A stretch of DNA of 64,000 nt from Obrimoposthia wandeli. Lineage: Eukaryota. The notes beneath the pieces were generated by a model. It was not told the origin of the DNA and searched no databases. It saw only the letters and a program-made list of their open reading frames with translations. Location: positions 1-64,000 of the forward strand of contig CDROCS010006097.1 in the NCBI GenBank assembly GCA_977020255.1, written 5' to 3'. The position numbers and the translations under genes are program-made. Of the stretch, positions 1 through 11,105 are shown piece after piece (the first letter of the stretch is position 1; each line of letters begins with the position of its first letter).

Positions 1-269
1 ATCGTAGTAGAAAAAGCGACGCATTCACCGTGTTGCCCTTCAAGGATATAGCGAACAACTACCCCTGTTCCAGGTATTAGCACATCTTTATAATCAGCAG
101 GACTTAACTTACTTGGGAATTTAACGAGTAAATAACGGCCCAAGTCGATACCAATAACAGTTGGTTTAATTCTAACAATATTTAGACCACCAAGTTGAAG
201 ATCGATCACCTTCCCTGGGGTCAAATGATTTATAAATTCATTGATTAGCTGGTTGTTTACATCGGTCAT
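1..269 (-). CDS. Flagellar brake/PilZ-family c-di-GMP effector, N-terminal part (runs off the window edge)
   Basis: Not in ORF track. ATG at 269 reads MTDVNNQLINEFINHLTPGKVIDLQLGG...IGIDLGRYLLVKFP...VVVRYILEGQHGECVAFSTT, open to position 1. Resembles the YcgR/PilZN-type N-domain; the PilZ domain itself lies outside the window. Confidence 0.6.
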   Translation of the reverse strand, partial: MTDVNNQLINEFINHLTPGKVIDLQLGGLNIVRIKPTVIGIDLGRYLLVKFPSKLSPADYKDVLIPGTGVVVRYILEGQHGECVAFSTT

Positions 270-914
270 GAGTTAGTTTTTCTTATAATTTTTTTATTAA
301 TATGCATGAGTCACTTATAAAATTCAATGGTTCAATTAATTGTTTTTACAGTACTTTAAGAAAAGAGTTGGTATCTTTAATCGTTATTGATTCTTTCTTA
401 GTAAGAATGATTAATATCGCTTTTATCTAATGTCCTATGAATTCGCTTCCAGTTAAGTTACGCAAGACTATCAAGTCATTATCTGTTAACGCTTAGTTCT
501 CTAAGAAATAATTAACTTAATATGAGCGAGCGTGATTGGGTTATATTAAAACAATGTTGAATAGATTGTTTCTAACCCTAACGGAGCTCACTTTAATTAA
601 AAACTACCTATTTAATTATTGTCAATTTTATGATTTCTGGCAATAGTGATCAGGTACTGTATCTATATGTACAATATTGTAGACGAACTTTTTTGTAAAT
701 GACGATAATTGGCCTTATTTATCTGATATTTATACGAGAGTAATATTTGACGCTATTACAGCGCTGTTTAGATGCCATGAGCCCCACCTTCTAACATTCA
801 CTTAACTTGGGCAAACACATGTGCGCGTTAACTCGGCTTCATTTTTCGATAAGTCGCTATGGACTCAAATAGATTCCTAATCTGCTGATGACAGATGACT
901 GCTTAGCGGATTAT

Positions 915-1538
915 TTAAAACGGACATGGTGATTCAACCGCGATCGCCTCATCGGTCATGGGGTGAATAAACTTGAGTGTTTGCGCGTGCAGGCACAGTT
1001 GAGGTGCTTGTGCGAGCGCCATAGGGTGGGCATAAAATCGATCGCCGCAAATGGGATGCCCCAAAAACTGCATATGCACCCGCAGTTGATGAGAGCGACC
1101 GGTTTCAGGGTGGAGCATCACTCTGGTAGTGTCTGCATTACGCTCAGTTACTTGCCAGTGCGTGGTGGCCGCTTTACCGTGCTGATGATCAATGATCTGC
1201 AGTGGGCGATTTTCCCAGTCACAGCGTAGCGGTTGCTCAACAGTGCCTTTGTCTGTAGAGATGCAGCCACAGAGTAACGCTTGATAGCTTTTCTCAATTT
1301 TTCGGTTTTGGAACAAACCGCTGAGTAGTTTATGGCTCAACGTACTCAGGGCTAAAATCATTAGGCCTGAGGTGGCGTAATCTAGACGGTGCACGATGCG
1401 TGCAGTAGAAAATCCTTGGCGCTGTAACTGACGATCTAAACTGTCTTGCTTGTCCGGGCCTTTACCAGGTACGGAGAGAACATCGTGAGGTTTATTGACA
1501 ACAATTAAGTGCTCGTCTTGATAGAGTACTTCAATCAT
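915..1538 (-). CDS. rluA: RluA-family pseudouridine synthase
   Basis: VNKP, catalytic VHRLDYATSG, TGRSHQLRVH and GHPICGD motifs; 4-bp overlap with rlmD. Confidence 0.85.
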   Translation of the reverse strand: MIEVLYQDEHLIVVNKPHDVLSVPGKGPDKQDSLDRQLQRQGFSTARIVHRLDYATSGLMILALSTLSHKLLSGLFQNRKIEKSYQALLCGCISTDKGTVEQPLRCDWENRPLQIIDHQHGKAATTHWQVTERNADTTRVMLHPETGRSHQLRVHMQFLGHPICGDRFYAHPMALAQAPQLCLHAQTLKFIHPMTDEAIAVESPCPF

Positions 1539-2878
1539 TTTTTGCCCTTACGGCGAAACAGTGCCATTGATTCGATATGTGCCGTATTGGGGAACATATC
1601 CATGACACAAAACTTATCCATCTCATAACCTAAACTCACTAGTTGCTGGCTGTCGCGTGCCAGAGAGGAAGGATCGCAGGCGATGTACAGAATCATTTCA
1701 GCACGATACTGAGCGATGTTATCAATTAAGTCAGTGGCGCCGGTACGTGGTGGGTCGAGCAGTATTTTATCAAAACCTTGGCCGAACCAAGCTTGTTCAC
1801 GAATATCCGCGTTTAGATCTGCCTGGTAGAAATGACAGTTACTCAATTGATTATCAAGAGCGTTTTGTTTTGCTCTGGCGACCATCGCCGCGCTACCTTC
1901 AATGCCCACCACACTGGCGGCACGAGTCGACAATGGCAGAGAAAAATTACCTAATCCGCTAAATAAGTCGAGCAAGCGATCATCGGTACTGACTTCTAGC
2001 CATTCTAGTGCACGCTCTACCATTAGTTGATTGACGCTGGCATTGATTTGAATAAAGTCGCCAGGTTCGAAGCTCAGAGTTAACCCACATAGTGAGTAAG
2101 TTAAGGGCGGATAATCTGCCAGAGGTTCTAAAGCACTGTCAGTGCGTAAATAACCTTGAAGCTGTAATTTATTGACGGCTGCTAACAGTAGTTGCTTGCT
2201 CTGTGTGCTCAATGTTTGTTTGACGCGAAAAGTCAGTGCGCCATTGGGCTCACCTTGTAGGTACTCAATATGGGTAATTGCTTTGGCGTTGTCAATTTGA
2301 TCAAAAGTACTACGTAATACATCAAATAATGAGGCGGCACTTTTTGGTAGCACAGGACACTGTGATACCTGGAATAGCTTGGCGCTGCTAGGGCGCCTAA
2401 AACCGACAATGTTTTCCTGTGATTGGGCGCGCTGGTTAACCCCAATGCGAGCGCTGCGACGGTAGTGAAAGCTTTGATCGGCCAGAGTTTCGTGCACCTG
2501 AAGGGGCGTTACTTTAGCCATTTTGTCCAGTAATGTTAGAACTGACTTTTGTTTTTCATCCTGTTGACCTTGCGCGCTGAGATGCTGTAACTGGCAGGCA
2601 CCACACTCTTGGTAGTGTGGGCAATGGGCGACAATACGCTGTGCTGAGGGCTCACTAATGCTGAGAGTGCTCGCCTCATCGTAGCGCTTGTGACCTTTTG
2701 TTATTTTGGCTTCTACGGTTTCGCCTGGTAGCGCACCTTCGACAAAAATTGTTTTACCTTGTTCTCTGGCGACGCCGCGGGCGTCTAAACTAAGTGAATC
2801 TATGTATAGTGAGAGTGCCACTGCAGGCTTACTCTTTTTAACTTTAGGGCGACCAAATTGAATTTTGTTACGTGGCAT
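1535..2878 (-). CDS. rlmD: 23S rRNA m5U1939 methyltransferase
   Basis: TRAM N-domain, CPHYQECGAC Fe-S motif, FIQIN, LDLFSGLGNF, LDPPRTG, catalytic YIACDP. Confidence 0.92.
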   Translation of the reverse strand: MPRNKIQFGRPKVKKSKPAVALSLYIDSLSLDARGVAREQGKTIFVEGALPGETVEAKITKGHKRYDEASTLSISEPSAQRIVAHCPHYQECGACQLQHLSAQGQQDEKQKSVLTLLDKMAKVTPLQVHETLADQSFHYRRSARIGVNQRAQSQENIVGFRRPSSAKLFQVSQCPVLPKSAASLFDVLRSTFDQIDNAKAITHIEYLQGEPNGALTFRVKQTLSTQSKQLLLAAVNKLQLQGYLRTDSALEPLADYPPLTYSLCGLTLSFEPGDFIQINASVNQLMVERALEWLEVSTDDRLLDLFSGLGNFSLPLSTRAASVVGIEGSAAMVARAKQNALDNQLSNCHFYQADLNADIREQAWFGQGFDKILLDPPRTGATDLIDNIAQYRAEMILYIACDPSSLARDSQQLVSLGYEMDKFCVMDMFPNTAHIESMALFRRKGKK

Positions 2879-3036
2879 TAAATACTTACTCGAGTGGTTT
2901 TGTCTAAGTTGCCGATCTTTGTCAGCTGTAAATGGTGACTATTATACCCCACCTGTATGACGATAGTAGGTTACAGACAATTGCATTGTGCAAATGGGCT
3001 GTTTATCATCGTTTTTTTAATTGGCGGGGCAGCAGT

Positions 3037-4020
3037 GTGCAAGAGCATCCATTCGCGCAGTATGTGCGCATATTAGGTAAAGGTAAAAAAGGCACTCGCT
3101 CGTTAACACGCGATGAAGCTTACACAGCAATGAGTATGATCTTTGCAGGAGAGGTTCGCCCAGAGCAACTAGGCGCTTTTTTAATGCTATTGCGCGTAAA
3201 AGAAGAGGCACCAGAAGAGTTGGTCGGCTTTATTGAAGCGAGTAGGGAATCAGCCAGCGCGCCGAAAAATATCACCGTGGACCTGGACTGGTCGACCTAC
3301 GCGGGTAAAAAGCGCCAGTTACCGTGGTTTTTATTGGTCGCGTTGTTGCTGGCTGACAACGGCTATCGCATCTTTATGCACGGAGCTAAGGGCCATACTG
3401 CTGGGCGGATGTACACCCAAGATATGCTTTGTCTCTTCGGTATTCACCCCTGTAAGGATTGGCAGCAAGTTGATCAGAGCTTAACACAGAGTAATTTTGC
3501 CTTTATGGGGCTAGATGCCATGGTACCAAAGTTGAGTGAGATCATTGAATTGCGCAATATTTTTGGCCTGCGCTCTCCAGTCCATACCCTGTGCCGGATG
3601 ATTAACCCTTTGCGTGCTGCGCACTGTGTCGACGGTGTTTTTCATCCGGCTTACGCGCCGATGCATCAGCAGACCAGTGCTTTATTGGGTGTAGCCAATA
3701 GCTTAACGATTCGCGGTGATGGCGGTGAAGCTGAACTGCGCCCCGATGCCGAGTGTGAAGTGCGCTGGGTGCGCGGGCAACAGTTGGAAGATGCCATGTG
3801 GCCACGCCTATACGCAAAACGAGAGGTCAAAGATGAACATCTTGACGTTAATAATTTACTTGGCCTGTGGCGCGGTGATATAGATCATGCCTATGGAGAG
3901 GGGGCTGTATTAAGTACCGCCGCGGCAGTACTCAGCTTGTTAGATGTAAAGCTGAGCGTGCAGCAGGCTAGCAGCAAAGCGCAACTGTTGTGGTCGAAGC
4001 GGGATCGAAACAAGTATTAA
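3037..4020 (+). CDS. Glycosyltransferase family 3 / TrpD-like (YbiB-like) protein
   Basis: GKGKKGTRSLT..EA, QLGAFLMLLRVKEE, DLDWSTYAGK, GLRSPVHT, HGVFHPAY-like motif; GTG at 3037 is the likely start (track start 2932). Confidence 0.75.
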   Translation: MQEHPFAQYVRILGKGKKGTRSLTRDEAYTAMSMIFAGEVRPEQLGAFLMLLRVKEEAPEELVGFIEASRESASAPKNITVDLDWSTYAGKKRQLPWFLLVALLLADNGYRIFMHGAKGHTAGRMYTQDMLCLFGIHPCKDWQQVDQSLTQSNFAFMGLDAMVPKLSEIIELRNIFGLRSPVHTLCRMINPLRAAHCVDGVFHPAYAPMHQQTSALLGVANSLTIRGDGGEAELRPDAECEVRWVRGQQLEDAMWPRLYAKREVKDEHLDVNNLLGLWRGDIDHAYGEGAVLSTAAAVLSLLDVKLSVQQASSKAQLLWSKRDRNKY

Positions 4021-4230
4021 GTCTCTCTATAAGCTTTGCGCCGGGAATAAATATAGCTGCGGAGCTTACTAGAGGGTCTATTCGTCATAAGGGGCTATGA
4101 TATTGATATTAGGGCTAGCTTCATTCCTAGGCTTTATTTAAAATAGCCGCTCGATAAGAAGCCTCTTTTGATATTTGATGATACTGCGATGTATTTTCTG
4201 ATGTCAAAGGCGCATGACAAAGGATAATTT

Positions 4231-5430
4231 GTGTTTGATTTTGTAAGACCCATCAATTTATTACTGCTACCTATGCTCTTTATAGCAGGCGCTATTTATG
4301 CACTGCCCTTTAGCAATCAAATACCGGTGCAATGGCATTTCTTTATTCCCTGGCTCCCTCTAGGTATCAGTGCAGTGCTGTTTCTGGTTGTCGGATTTTT
4401 TAACTTCAGCCGGATTTTGTTTGCAGGTTTAATTAGTCTAGCGGTTTGGACCTTTATTAAGCTCGATTTTGGTCAGTCCAATTTCACTCAGCTCGCCATT
4501 ATGGTGATGTCCGTTAACATGCTGTTGATCGCTTTCTATAAAGAGCGCGGCACCTACACCATAACTGGCTTACTGCGGATTGGTTTGATTTTCAGTCAGC
4601 CTGGCATCTTGATGCTCGCTTATGTTTTTCAATCCAATAAATTCAACGACCTGACAACCTGGCCACATATACTGATCGCAGAATACAGTATTTCGATTCC
4701 AGCGCTGGCAGTATTTAGTCTTTGTTTTGTCTATTTGTTAGTTAAGTTATTTGTCCAAGGCTTGCTAATTGATGCCTACCTGTTAGTCACTTTACTCTTT
4801 TCTGGCTGGTTGTTAATGATGCCGCCGGGTAATGAAATACAGTTGAGCCTATTGGTCAGCCTCAATCAATTGCTGTTGGTTGTCGCACTGTTTAAACGTT
4901 CTTTGAGCATGGCTTATATTGATGAGTTAACCGGTTTACCTGGGCGTCGGGCACTTAATGAACGCATGGTGAAGCTAGGTAAGAATTACAGTGCAGCGAT
5001 GCTGGATATAGATTTCTTTAAGAAGTTTAACGACACTTACGGCCACGATGTCGGCGATCAGGTGTTACGCATGGTGGCGCAAAAAATCCGCCAGGTAAAA
5101 GGGGGTACCGCATATCGCTATGGCGGTGAAGAGTTTTGTGTATTATTTCCCTCGACCGATATTGATACGGTAGCACAATCGCTGGAAGCGGTACGCGCCA
5201 GTGTTGAGCAGGCCAGTATGCATATTCGCAGCAAAGGGCGTACTAAAAACAACAAAAAAGGTCGGTCACAACGTGGAAATGGTGGCAAAGGTGAATCGGT
5301 ATCGGTCACCATTAGTGCCGGTTTAGCAGTGGCACGCACCAAAACTAACCCGTTAAAAGCAGCCGATAAGGCGTTGTATCAAGCTAAGGGTGAGGGACGT
5401 AATAAGGTCTGTGTACAAGGTTTAAATTAG
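4231..5430 (+). CDS. Membrane-bound diguanylate cyclase
   Basis: About 8 hydrophobic segments, then DELTGLPGRR, DIDFFKKFNDTYGHDVGD, RYGGEEF, ADKALYQAK. Confidence 0.88.
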   Translation: MFDFVRPINLLLLPMLFIAGAIYALPFSNQIPVQWHFFIPWLPLGISAVLFLVVGFFNFSRILFAGLISLAVWTFIKLDFGQSNFTQLAIMVMSVNMLLIAFYKERGTYTITGLLRIGLIFSQPGILMLAYVFQSNKFNDLTTWPHILIAEYSISIPALAVFSLCFVYLLVKLFVQGLLIDAYLLVTLLFSGWLLMMPPGNEIQLSLLVSLNQLLLVVALFKRSLSMAYIDELTGLPGRRALNERMVKLGKNYSAAMLDIDFFKKFNDTYGHDVGDQVLRMVAQKIRQVKGGTAYRYGGEEFCVLFPSTDIDTVAQSLEAVRASVEQASMHIRSKGRTKNNKKGRSQRGNGGKGESVSVTISAGLAVARTKTNPLKAADKALYQAKGEGRNKVCVQGLN

Positions 5431-5451
5431 TCAGGGTAATCGACAGGAAAT

Positions 5452-5484
5452 AAGCCCGAGCTATCGCTAGTATCGGGCTTTTTT
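5452..5484 (+). terminator. Rho-independent terminator
   Basis: AAGCCCGA...TCGGGCTT stem followed by a T tract, downstream of the DGC gene. Confidence 0.6.
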
Positions 5485-5961
5485 GTGCCTGATTTGAGCG
5501 CCCATCAACAAGGGTGCCGATAATAGAAATCATGATGATTATACGGGGATATGGAGCCTGCCTTACGTGTTCTATTGTTATTCCAAGCAGGTTGACCAAT
5601 TATGCAAATGATCAATTAGGCTGTTGCATAAATTGCAGGCCAGCCATTGATCCCGTTACCCGCACGATTAAAGGGCCTATCTCAGTGCTTCTTACCTTTT
5701 TCTTCCAGTTGATATTGCCAATTTTCGTCGAATTACCACGAACGCGCATAGCTTAGCCACATCCAAGTTTTAGAGTTTTGCTTTTTGTTAAACACAACTT
5801 TCTAGTGTGTTTCTGTGGTTTCAAAGGGATAAAGGTCAGTCTTGGCATGCACATGAATAGCGCTTCGAACATTGAGTAATATGTCCAGGCAAGTAAATCA
5901 AAAAACAGTTGAGAAACTAAAGTTATGATTAATTGCATTTGTTGTGCTCACTTAGAATGCA

Positions 5962-5998
5962 CAAAAAATGCAGGCCAATATCGAAAAATATTGGCCTG
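5962..5998 (-). terminator. Rho-independent terminator of mfd
   Basis: CAGGCCAATAT/ATATTGGCCTG inverted repeat, with a T tract on the minus strand just after the mfd stop. Confidence 0.6.
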
Positions 5999-6007
5999 TC
6001 GTAATAA

Positions 6008-9000
6008 CTAGCCCTTAGCTAACTGTTCTATCAGCCCTTCAACGGCATTGAAGCGCTGTTCTACTTCTTGCATCGGTAGGGTAAATTTGAGCTGGCTAGC
6101 TCCTTCCAGTTTGAAACGTGTCGGTTGTTTTTGTACTAGAGAGACAATGGTGAAAGGGTCAACTTTGGGTTCAGAGCCAAAGTCGATCTTACCAGTGCCG
6201 GCACCTGCATCAATCTTGATGATTTTTAAGGCATTGGCCCGTAATTTCAATGAGGTAATGCGGAACAAGTTTTTACTTTGTTGTGGCAGTAAACCAAATC
6301 GGTCGATCATTTCAATTTGTAGTTCTTTGAGCTCGGTATCGTTTTTGCAGCTACTGATGCGCTTGTACATCACTAAACGCCCATGCACGTCAGGCAGATA
6401 ATCGTCTGGAATCAACGCGGCGATGTGTAAATTAATTTCCGATCCGTATTGTAAAGGTTTGTCTAAATCAGGGGTCTTACCTTCTTTAATTGATTCAATC
6501 GCCTGTTCTAGCATTTCCATATACAAGCTAAAGCCAATCCCTTGAATTTGTCCACTTTGCTCTTTACCCAATAGTTCACCGGCGCCGCGAATTTCCAAGT
6601 CGTGGGTGGCCAAGGTAAAGCCTGCACCTAAATCTTGGGCAGCGGCAATGGCTTCCAAGCGTTTGTTGGCATCTTTAGTGATTGCTTTGGGGTGAGGTGT
6701 CATCAGATAAGCGTAAGCTTGATGATGAGAGCGACCAACACGTCCGCGCAGCTGGTGTAATTGCGCTAGGCCAAATTTATCGGCGCGCTCAATGATAATA
6801 GTATTGGCGTTGGGCACGTCGATACCCGTTTCTATGATGGTAGTACAGAGTAAAACATTGAAGCGTTTGTGGTAGAAGTCTGACATTACTTGTTCGAGTT
6901 CGCGCTCACGCATTTGACCGTGACCAATGCCGATACGCGCCTCGGGGACAAGTTCACTCAATTCACGGGCGCGTTGCTCAATAGATTTTACTTCGTTGTG
7001 TAAAATATAGACCTGACCGCCTCGCAGTAATTCTCGCAAGAGAGCTTCCTTAATCACCGCATTGTCATCTTGGCGAATAAAGGTATTGACCGAGAGCCGT
7101 CTGGCCGGTGGCGTGGCTATGATAGATAGATCACGCATGCCGGACATTGCCATGTTGAGCGTACGTGGGATAGGGGTGGCGGTCATAGTGAGAATATCTA
7201 CTTCGGCGCGCAGCGATTTCAAACGCTCTTTTTGCTGTACCCCAAAGCGATGCTCCTCATCAATAATGACTAGACCCAACTCGGAAAATATTACATCTTG
7301 TTGGATGACCTTATGGGTGCCGATTAAAATATCGACTTTTCCGTCCGCCAGCTGCGCCAAAATAGCACTCTGCTGTTTGGCGGTACGAAAGCGCGATATA
7401 AGCTCTACGCTGACAGCATTGTCGGCGAAACGGTCGGTAAAATTATCGTAATGCTGCTGCGCTAATAACGTAGTCGGCACTAAGATAACCACCTGCTTAC
7501 CGCTTTGTACCGCAACAAAAGCGGCGCGCATCGCCACTTCGGTTTTACCAAAGCCAACATCACCACACACTAGTCGATCCATCGGTTGACCACTAGTCAT
7601 GTCGCGTATGACCGCTTCAATGGCGGTCGCTTGGTCGGGGGTTTCTTCAAACGGGAAACTGGCGGCAAAACGCTGGTAATCTAAGGCGGGTTTGTCAAAG
7701 GCAAAACCTTTACGGGCGGCGCGTCTAGCATAAATGCTCAGTAACTCAGCGGCGGTGTCGCGTACTTGTTCAGCCGCTTTCTTTCGCGCTTTGCTCCACT
7801 GCTCTGTCCCTAGACGGTGAAGTGGGGCCGTATCATCACCGGAACCGCTGTAGCGACTGATTAAATCTAAACTCGATACCGGTACATAAAGTGTTGCTTC
7901 ATTGGCGTAAGCTAGCTTGACAAATTCATGGCTCTGGCCATCCAATTCAATGCACTCAAGACCTAAATAGCGGCCAACACCGTGATCGATGTGTACTACG
8001 GGTGCATTGAGTACTAATTCAGTTAGGTTGCGTACAACGAGCTCAGACTGTTCTTTATCCCGGGCGCGACGGCGGTGTTGAAATACCTGGTGACCAAAAA
8101 GCTGCGATTCACTGATCAGTTCGATTTCACCGTGAAAGCTCATTCCGCGTGATAACGGAAAAACACAGATAGCTAGAGAGGCATCACTACTGTTAAAGCT
8201 GTGCCAATCGTCGAATAATTGAGGCTTAAGATCAATACGCCCGAGCAGGTCGAGTAATGCTTCACGTCGACCAGCCGATTCAGCGCAAAACAGCACCCGA
8301 CTGCTGCTATTCACTTTTAAGTGTTGTTGCAGTAAGCGTAATGGTTCAACACTTTGCGCTTCGACACTGAGCATAGGAGGGGCGAGAAAATCAATATTGC
8401 TTCGTCCACTGCCTTCTACGGTTTCACTGCTGTGCTGTAGTTTACTAAAGGGTTTGATCGCCCGCATAAAATCATTGCTGTTTAAAAAGAGCGATTGCGG
8501 CTCGAGCACAGGGCGCTCGATATCGTGACGGCGCTCTTCATAGCGGTTGCTAGCATCCTGCCAAAATTCTTGGCATTTAGTTTCTAAGCCTGATTGGTTA
8601 ATAATCAGAGTGTCATCTGGTAGAAAGTCGAACAAGGTACTGGTTTGATCAAAGAACAGCGGTAGATAGTACTCGATCCCGGCAGGTGCAAAACCGTTAC
8701 CGACATCTTGATAAATTGGGCAGCGCTTTTGATCAACATCAAAAAGCTCGCGCCACTGTTTCTTAAACAGACTGATCGCTGTAGCAGTCAGCGGGAATTC
8801 CCTAGCGGGAAGTAATTTAATGCTCTCTATTTGCTCAATAGAGCGTTGAGTTTCAGGGTCAAATGTCCGTAGAGAATCTATTTCATCATCAAATAAATCG
8901 ATACGAAAAGGATGATTGCTACCCATGGGATATAAATCGATGATAGAGCCGCGAAAGGCAAATTCGCCATGGGAAAACACGTTGTCGACACTGTGATAAC

Positions 9001-9451
9001 CAGCCTCTACTAGTTGAAGCTTTAACTTGTCTAGATCCAAAACTTGACCTTTGTCTAGAACCAAGGTGTTGGTGTGTAAAAAGCTGGCAGGAGGTATGCG
9101 GTGCATTAATGTGCTGACTGGGACGACAATTATTCCCTTATTAATCAGTGGGAGTTGGTGCAACGTAGTCAAACGGCTAGAGATAATGTCTTGATGGGGC
9201 GAAAAATTATCGTAAGGTAATGTTTCCCAGTCGGGAAAGGGCAGAATATCCAATGCTTGCGCGGCGGCAAAAAACTGAATTTCACTTTCTAAAACTAATG
9301 CACTATTGGTGTCATTACAAATTACCAAGGTCAAGCTGTCATGGCGCTGTGCGGCTTGGGCTATCATCCAACCAGCACTGGCTCCCTCGACTCCACCGAG
9401 CCATTTTTTGTCGCCATTAGTACTGGGTAAAGTGAACGAAAGTTGGGTCAC
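6008..9451 (-). CDS. mfd: Transcription-repair coupling factor
   Basis: PYDNFSPHQD, CarD/RID region HIDHGVGRY, GDVGFGKTE, DEEH, QLRGRVGR, TRCF C-domain; 1147 aa. Confidence 0.98.
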   Translation of the reverse strand: MTQLSFTLPSTNGDKKWLGGVEGASAGWMIAQAAQRHDSLTLVICNDTNSALVLESEIQFFAAAQALDILPFPDWETLPYDNFSPHQDIISSRLTTLHQLPLINKGIIVVPVSTLMHRIPPASFLHTNTLVLDKGQVLDLDKLKLQLVEAGYHSVDNVFSHGEFAFRGSIIDLYPMGSNHPFRIDLFDDEIDSLRTFDPETQRSIEQIESIKLLPAREFPLTATAISLFKKQWRELFDVDQKRCPIYQDVGNGFAPAGIEYYLPLFFDQTSTLFDFLPDDTLIINQSGLETKCQEFWQDASNRYEERRHDIERPVLEPQSLFLNSNDFMRAIKPFSKLQHSSETVEGSGRSNIDFLAPPMLSVEAQSVEPLRLLQQHLKVNSSSRVLFCAESAGRREALLDLLGRIDLKPQLFDDWHSFNSSDASLAICVFPLSRGMSFHGEIELISESQLFGHQVFQHRRRARDKEQSELVVRNLTELVLNAPVVHIDHGVGRYLGLECIELDGQSHEFVKLAYANEATLYVPVSSLDLISRYSGSGDDTAPLHRLGTEQWSKARKKAAEQVRDTAAELLSIYARRAARKGFAFDKPALDYQRFAASFPFEETPDQATAIEAVIRDMTSGQPMDRLVCGDVGFGKTEVAMRAAFVAVQSGKQVVILVPTTLLAQQHYDNFTDRFADNAVSVELISRFRTAKQQSAILAQLADGKVDILIGTHKVIQQDVIFSELGLVIIDEEHRFGVQQKERLKSLRAEVDILTMTATPIPRTLNMAMSGMRDLSIIATPPARRLSVNTFIRQDDNAVIKEALLRELLRGGQVYILHNEVKSIEQRARELSELVPEARIGIGHGQMRERELEQVMSDFYHKRFNVLLCTTIIETGIDVPNANTIIIERADKFGLAQLHQLRGRVGRSHHQAYAYLMTPHPKAITKDANKRLEAIAAAQDLGAGFTLATHDLEIRGAGELLGKEQSGQIQGIGFSLYMEMLEQAIESIKEGKTPDLDKPLQYGSEINLHIAALIPDDYLPDVHGRLVMYKRISSCKNDTELKELQIEMIDRFGLLPQQSKNLFRITSLKLRANALKIIKIDAGAGTGKIDFGSEPKVDPFTIVSLVQKQPTRFKLEGASQLKFTLPMQEVEQRFNAVEGLIEQLAKG

Positions 9452-9610
9452 TAAAAAAACTCCTACAAATGATATTTATTAATAGATCAGTGAGTTATAA
9501 AAATATAGCCAATCTAGATAAAAGTCTAACCGATTTAGGTTTGATCCCAGCTACCGAAATAGGGATAATGCGCCCACCAACCAACTGTACCAAAATTATT
9601 GGAGAGTACT

Positions 9611-11044
9611 GTGAGTCGAGAGCAAGTTTTTGCCGCATGGAAACAGCGTGAAGCACTATCAGAGGAAATGGTTCCTTTAGTCGGTGTGTTATACCGTGAT
9701 TACAATATAGAGACGTCTGTATTCGGTCGTCTTCTGGTTAAACGCTCAGTTATCGATATTCTAAAGGCGCACCGCTTTGGTCGTCAAATAGAAAGTACTG
9801 AGCTCACAGTACACGATACTTTTCCTATTCTGAAATTGTTGTCAGAGCTTAACATCAAAAACGCTCATATCGATATCGGTAAGTTAGCGGTTAAGTACCG
9901 TAACCTAACGGAACAGGGTGATTTAAAAGAATTTTTACAGCAGGAGTTGAGCCCCGCTGTCGATAATAACTTGGATGATGCAACCGATGTCGTGCTTTAC
10001 GGTTTTGGTCGTATTGGTCGATTACTTGCACGCTTGCTCCTTGAGCGTGCTGGTGGTGGTGCGGGGATGCGCCTAAGCGCTATCGTAGTGCGTAAAGGTA
10101 AAGCTGAATTTGATTTAGAAAAGCGCGCTAGCTTATTGCGTCGCGATTCAGTACACGGCTCTTTCAAAGGTAATATCGTTGTCGACAATGAAAATCACGC
10201 GCTGATTGCCAATGGCAACATGATCAAGATTATTTTTGCTAACACGCCAGAAGAAGTGGATTACACACAGTACGGCATCAACAACGCATTGATCATTGAT
10301 AACACGGGTATGTGGCGCGACAAGGAAGGCTTATCAAAGCATCTACAGTCTAAGGGTGCCGCTAAGGTGTTGCTGACAGCTCCGGGTAAAGGCGTTAAGA
10401 ACATTGTTATGGGTGTTAACCATGATGATGTTAAAGATGAGGATACCATCCTATCAGCGGCTTCTTGCACCACCAATGCAATCACACCTGTACTTAAAGC
10501 GTTGTGTGATGAATACGGTGTTGAAAACGGCCACGTTGAAACTATCCACTCATTCACCAATGATCAAAACCTAATTGATAACTATCATAAAGGTGATCGT
10601 CGTGGACGTGCTGCTACCTTAAACATGGTAATTACTGAAACAGGCGCGGCAAAAGCTGTCTCTAAAGCGCTCCCAGAAATGGAAGGCAAGTTGACGGGCA
10701 ACGCAATCCGCGTACCTACGCCAAACGTGTCTATCGCTATCTTAAATCTTAACCTTAAGAAAGAGACGAATCGTGAAGAACTCAATGAGTTTTTACGTAA
10801 TGCAGCGCTACATTCTCCGTTGCAAAAGCAAATTGGTTACAGCATATCTCCAGAAGCTGTGTCCACTGATTTTGTTGGTTCGCGCTCTGCAGGTACGGTT
10901 GATGCACTGGCAACAATCGCTGAAGAAAACCGTTGTGTGCTCTACGTCTGGTACGACAACGAATTTGGTTACAGCTGCCAGGTGATGCGTCTAGCACAAA
11001 AAATGAGTCGTAATACGCTTAAGGCTTTCCCGCTAGAAGGTTAA
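9611..11044 (+). CDS. gap: Glyceraldehyde-3-phosphate dehydrogenase with ~130-aa N-terminal extension (Pseudomonas type)
   Basis: GFGRIGR, catalytic AASCTTN, WYDNEFGY; GTG at 9611 follows a GGAGAG RBS; divergent from mfd. Confidence 0.95.
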   Translation: MSREQVFAAWKQREALSEEMVPLVGVLYRDYNIETSVFGRLLVKRSVIDILKAHRFGRQIESTELTVHDTFPILKLLSELNIKNAHIDIGKLAVKYRNLTEQGDLKEFLQQELSPAVDNNLDDATDVVLYGFGRIGRLLARLLLERAGGGAGMRLSAIVVRKGKAEFDLEKRASLLRRDSVHGSFKGNIVVDNENHALIANGNMIKIIFANTPEEVDYTQYGINNALIIDNTGMWRDKEGLSKHLQSKGAAKVLLTAPGKGVKNIVMGVNHDDVKDEDTILSAASCTTNAITPVLKALCDEYGVENGHVETIHSFTNDQNLIDNYHKGDRRGRAATLNMVITETGAAKAVSKALPEMEGKLTGNAIRVPTPNVSIAILNLNLKKETNREELNEFLRNAALHSPLQKQIGYSISPEAVSTDFVGSRSAGTVDALATIAEENRCVLYVWYDNEFGYSCQVMRLAQKMSRNTLKAFPLEG

Positions 11045-11065
11045 TCGCTACTCAGGCTGTATCAG

Positions 11066-11092
11066 AAAGATCGCTGTGGCGGTCTTTTTTTT
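11066..11092 (+). terminator. Rho-independent terminator of gap
   Basis: AAAGATCGC-TGTG-GCGGTCTTT stem followed by a T run. Confidence 0.6.
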
Positions 11093-11105
11093 ACCTTGAA
11101 TTTGA

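Noticed and set aside
270-914. Long AT-rich region upstream of the PilZ-type gene, searched for a sigma-28 promoter or c-di-GMP riboswitch
   Set aside because: No convincing consensus match.
5500-5938. Small ORFs downstream of mfd (5753-5938, 5514-5756) and a stop-interrupted minus frame
   Set aside because: No recognisable family; may be a decayed gene, but I cannot support a call.
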